NCBI GenBank assembly: GCA_965655095.1
Contig: OZ296649.1
Location: 78,616,001 to 78,680,000, forward strand
Source of the DNA: Haplodiscus bocki
Lineage: Eukaryota
Length of the DNA: 64,000 nt
Reading direction: 5' to 3'
In this document: one piece after another, positions 62,902 through 64,000 of the stretch
How the letters are laid out: each line of letters opens with the position of its first letter
How positions within the stretch are numbered: position 1 is the first letter of the stretch
The notes under the pieces: model-generated
Databases searched by the model: none
Told to the model about the DNA's origin: nothing
What the model saw: the letters and a program-made list of their open reading frames with translations, nothing else
Program-made: the position numbers and the translations under genes

Positions 62902-63323
62902 CAGTGGTTTTTTAAAAAAAATGGAGCTTAAGGGAGTTTACTGACGCTATTTAGCCAATAGAATCTCGTTGTTTTCTCTCAAGTCGCAACCTCATTGGTC
63001 AATATTTGCCAATTTTGGTAATCTCTGTCGTTTTTTGAAGTTTGACCCGGTACGAAAACAGTTCGTGTCATAACATTTTTCATTAAAGCCTTTAAATATC
63101 AAGAATACAAGAAATTTAATTAAATTTGTCCAAAAATGGCCATTTCTAACTTTTGCTGCATTGGTCACAAAATTTTGAAACGAAAACGATTGTAAACTAG
63201 ATGAAAATCTAGGAAACTTTTCTTTCTACCAAAAGTAACGATTTCAAATAGTTTCAGAGATATTGATGTCTAAAGTTGGTCACTTCATATGCATATGAGT
63301 TCCATTCATTCAAAACACTACTG
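62902..63323. mobile_element. Second CAGT-terminal MITE copy
   Basis: 63120-63323 is the reverse complement of 33591-33790. TIRs CAGTGGTTTTTTAAAAAAAATGGAGCT and AGTTCCATTCATTCAAAACACTACTG. Confidence 0.8.
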
Positions 63324-63546
63324 TAAATGACAGCTAAGTTGACTGGGATGCCGTTCAATTAGCCGACCGCTAAATTACGCGTATGTACTACTGAATGAAT
63401 TTGCATTGCGCGTGCTTGACTCCCACTCATCGCTCGGAAATATTGAGTGACCGAATCTCGCTAGCCTATAATATCCGAGAAGCAGTCTCATTGAACAATC
63501 GATTTAAAGAGCAGTCGGCTACTTGATACGTCACCAATTAACTGAC

Positions 63547-63707
63547 CTAGGAATATGGCGATTGTGTCGACATGCTGCATCATGTGCAGTACATCTTTCT
63601 CACTGCGCATGTCCATGTCAGGTTCCACAAAATGGATCTTCACTGATTTCTCCTCCCACTCGTATTCTTCCTCCTCAAAACGCTTGTATGCAAGGTCTAC
63701 GGAATTT
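63547..63707 (-). CDS. Host exon of the same GTPase-like gene (switch/G3 region)
   Basis: Acceptor TTTACAG and donor G|GTCAGT. Encodes NSVDLAYKRFEEEEYEWEEKSVKIHFVEPDMDMRSEKDVLHMMQHVDTIAIFL. Its terminal G plus AT of the next exon gives Asp in frame. Confidence 0.7.
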
Positions 63708-64000
63708 CTGTAAACAATCACACTTCATTCATTTCAATTCATTGTTGTAGGATGAATGTAAGATGTATAGTTGGAGTTCATTAATGGAAATTAATCTCGA
63801 AGAATCCAAATCAAACCTTTGTTGTTTTCTTTTCAAAAGAGCGATAATGACCAGACAATAATTATCCGAGGACGCTCAGTTGAAACCCTATCGGAATTTG
63901 GGTAATTTTAAATTACCTTGGCATTTGCCCATCCGAATGACAAAATTTAGAATAGTCTTCGGTTGAGTTTGCGATGCAAGAGAGACCGAACAAAATTCAT

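Overview
AT-rich, repeat-dense eukaryotic (probably invertebrate animal) genomic DNA. The main feature is a full-length but decayed Polinton/Maverick (endogenous polintovirus/adintovirus-like element) at 12966-31162. It has AGTAGT...ACTACT termini, long terminal inverted repeats (TIRs) and an exact 6-bp target-site duplication (TSD) ATTGAT. It carries protein-primed PolB, rve integrase, packaging ATPase, major and minor capsid, a small basic virion protein and an adenain-like protease. It also carries an accessory cassette that includes a signal-peptide plus EGF-like (ErbB-ligand spacing) gene. A second, related, internally deleted element lies in the opposite orientation at 46484-55653 (own TIRs, TSD AATGAT/AAGGAT). 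It keeps the same accessory cassette, including the EGF-like gene, and appears to sit inside an older polB relic. Other content: a truncated Ty3/gypsy-like gag, LINE and LTR relics, several MITEs, a decayed ~177-bp satellite, and two phase-compatible minus-strand exons of a divergent Ras/Rho-like host GTPase. All homology calls come from motifs recognised by eye, with no database search. Pseudogene boundaries are approximate.
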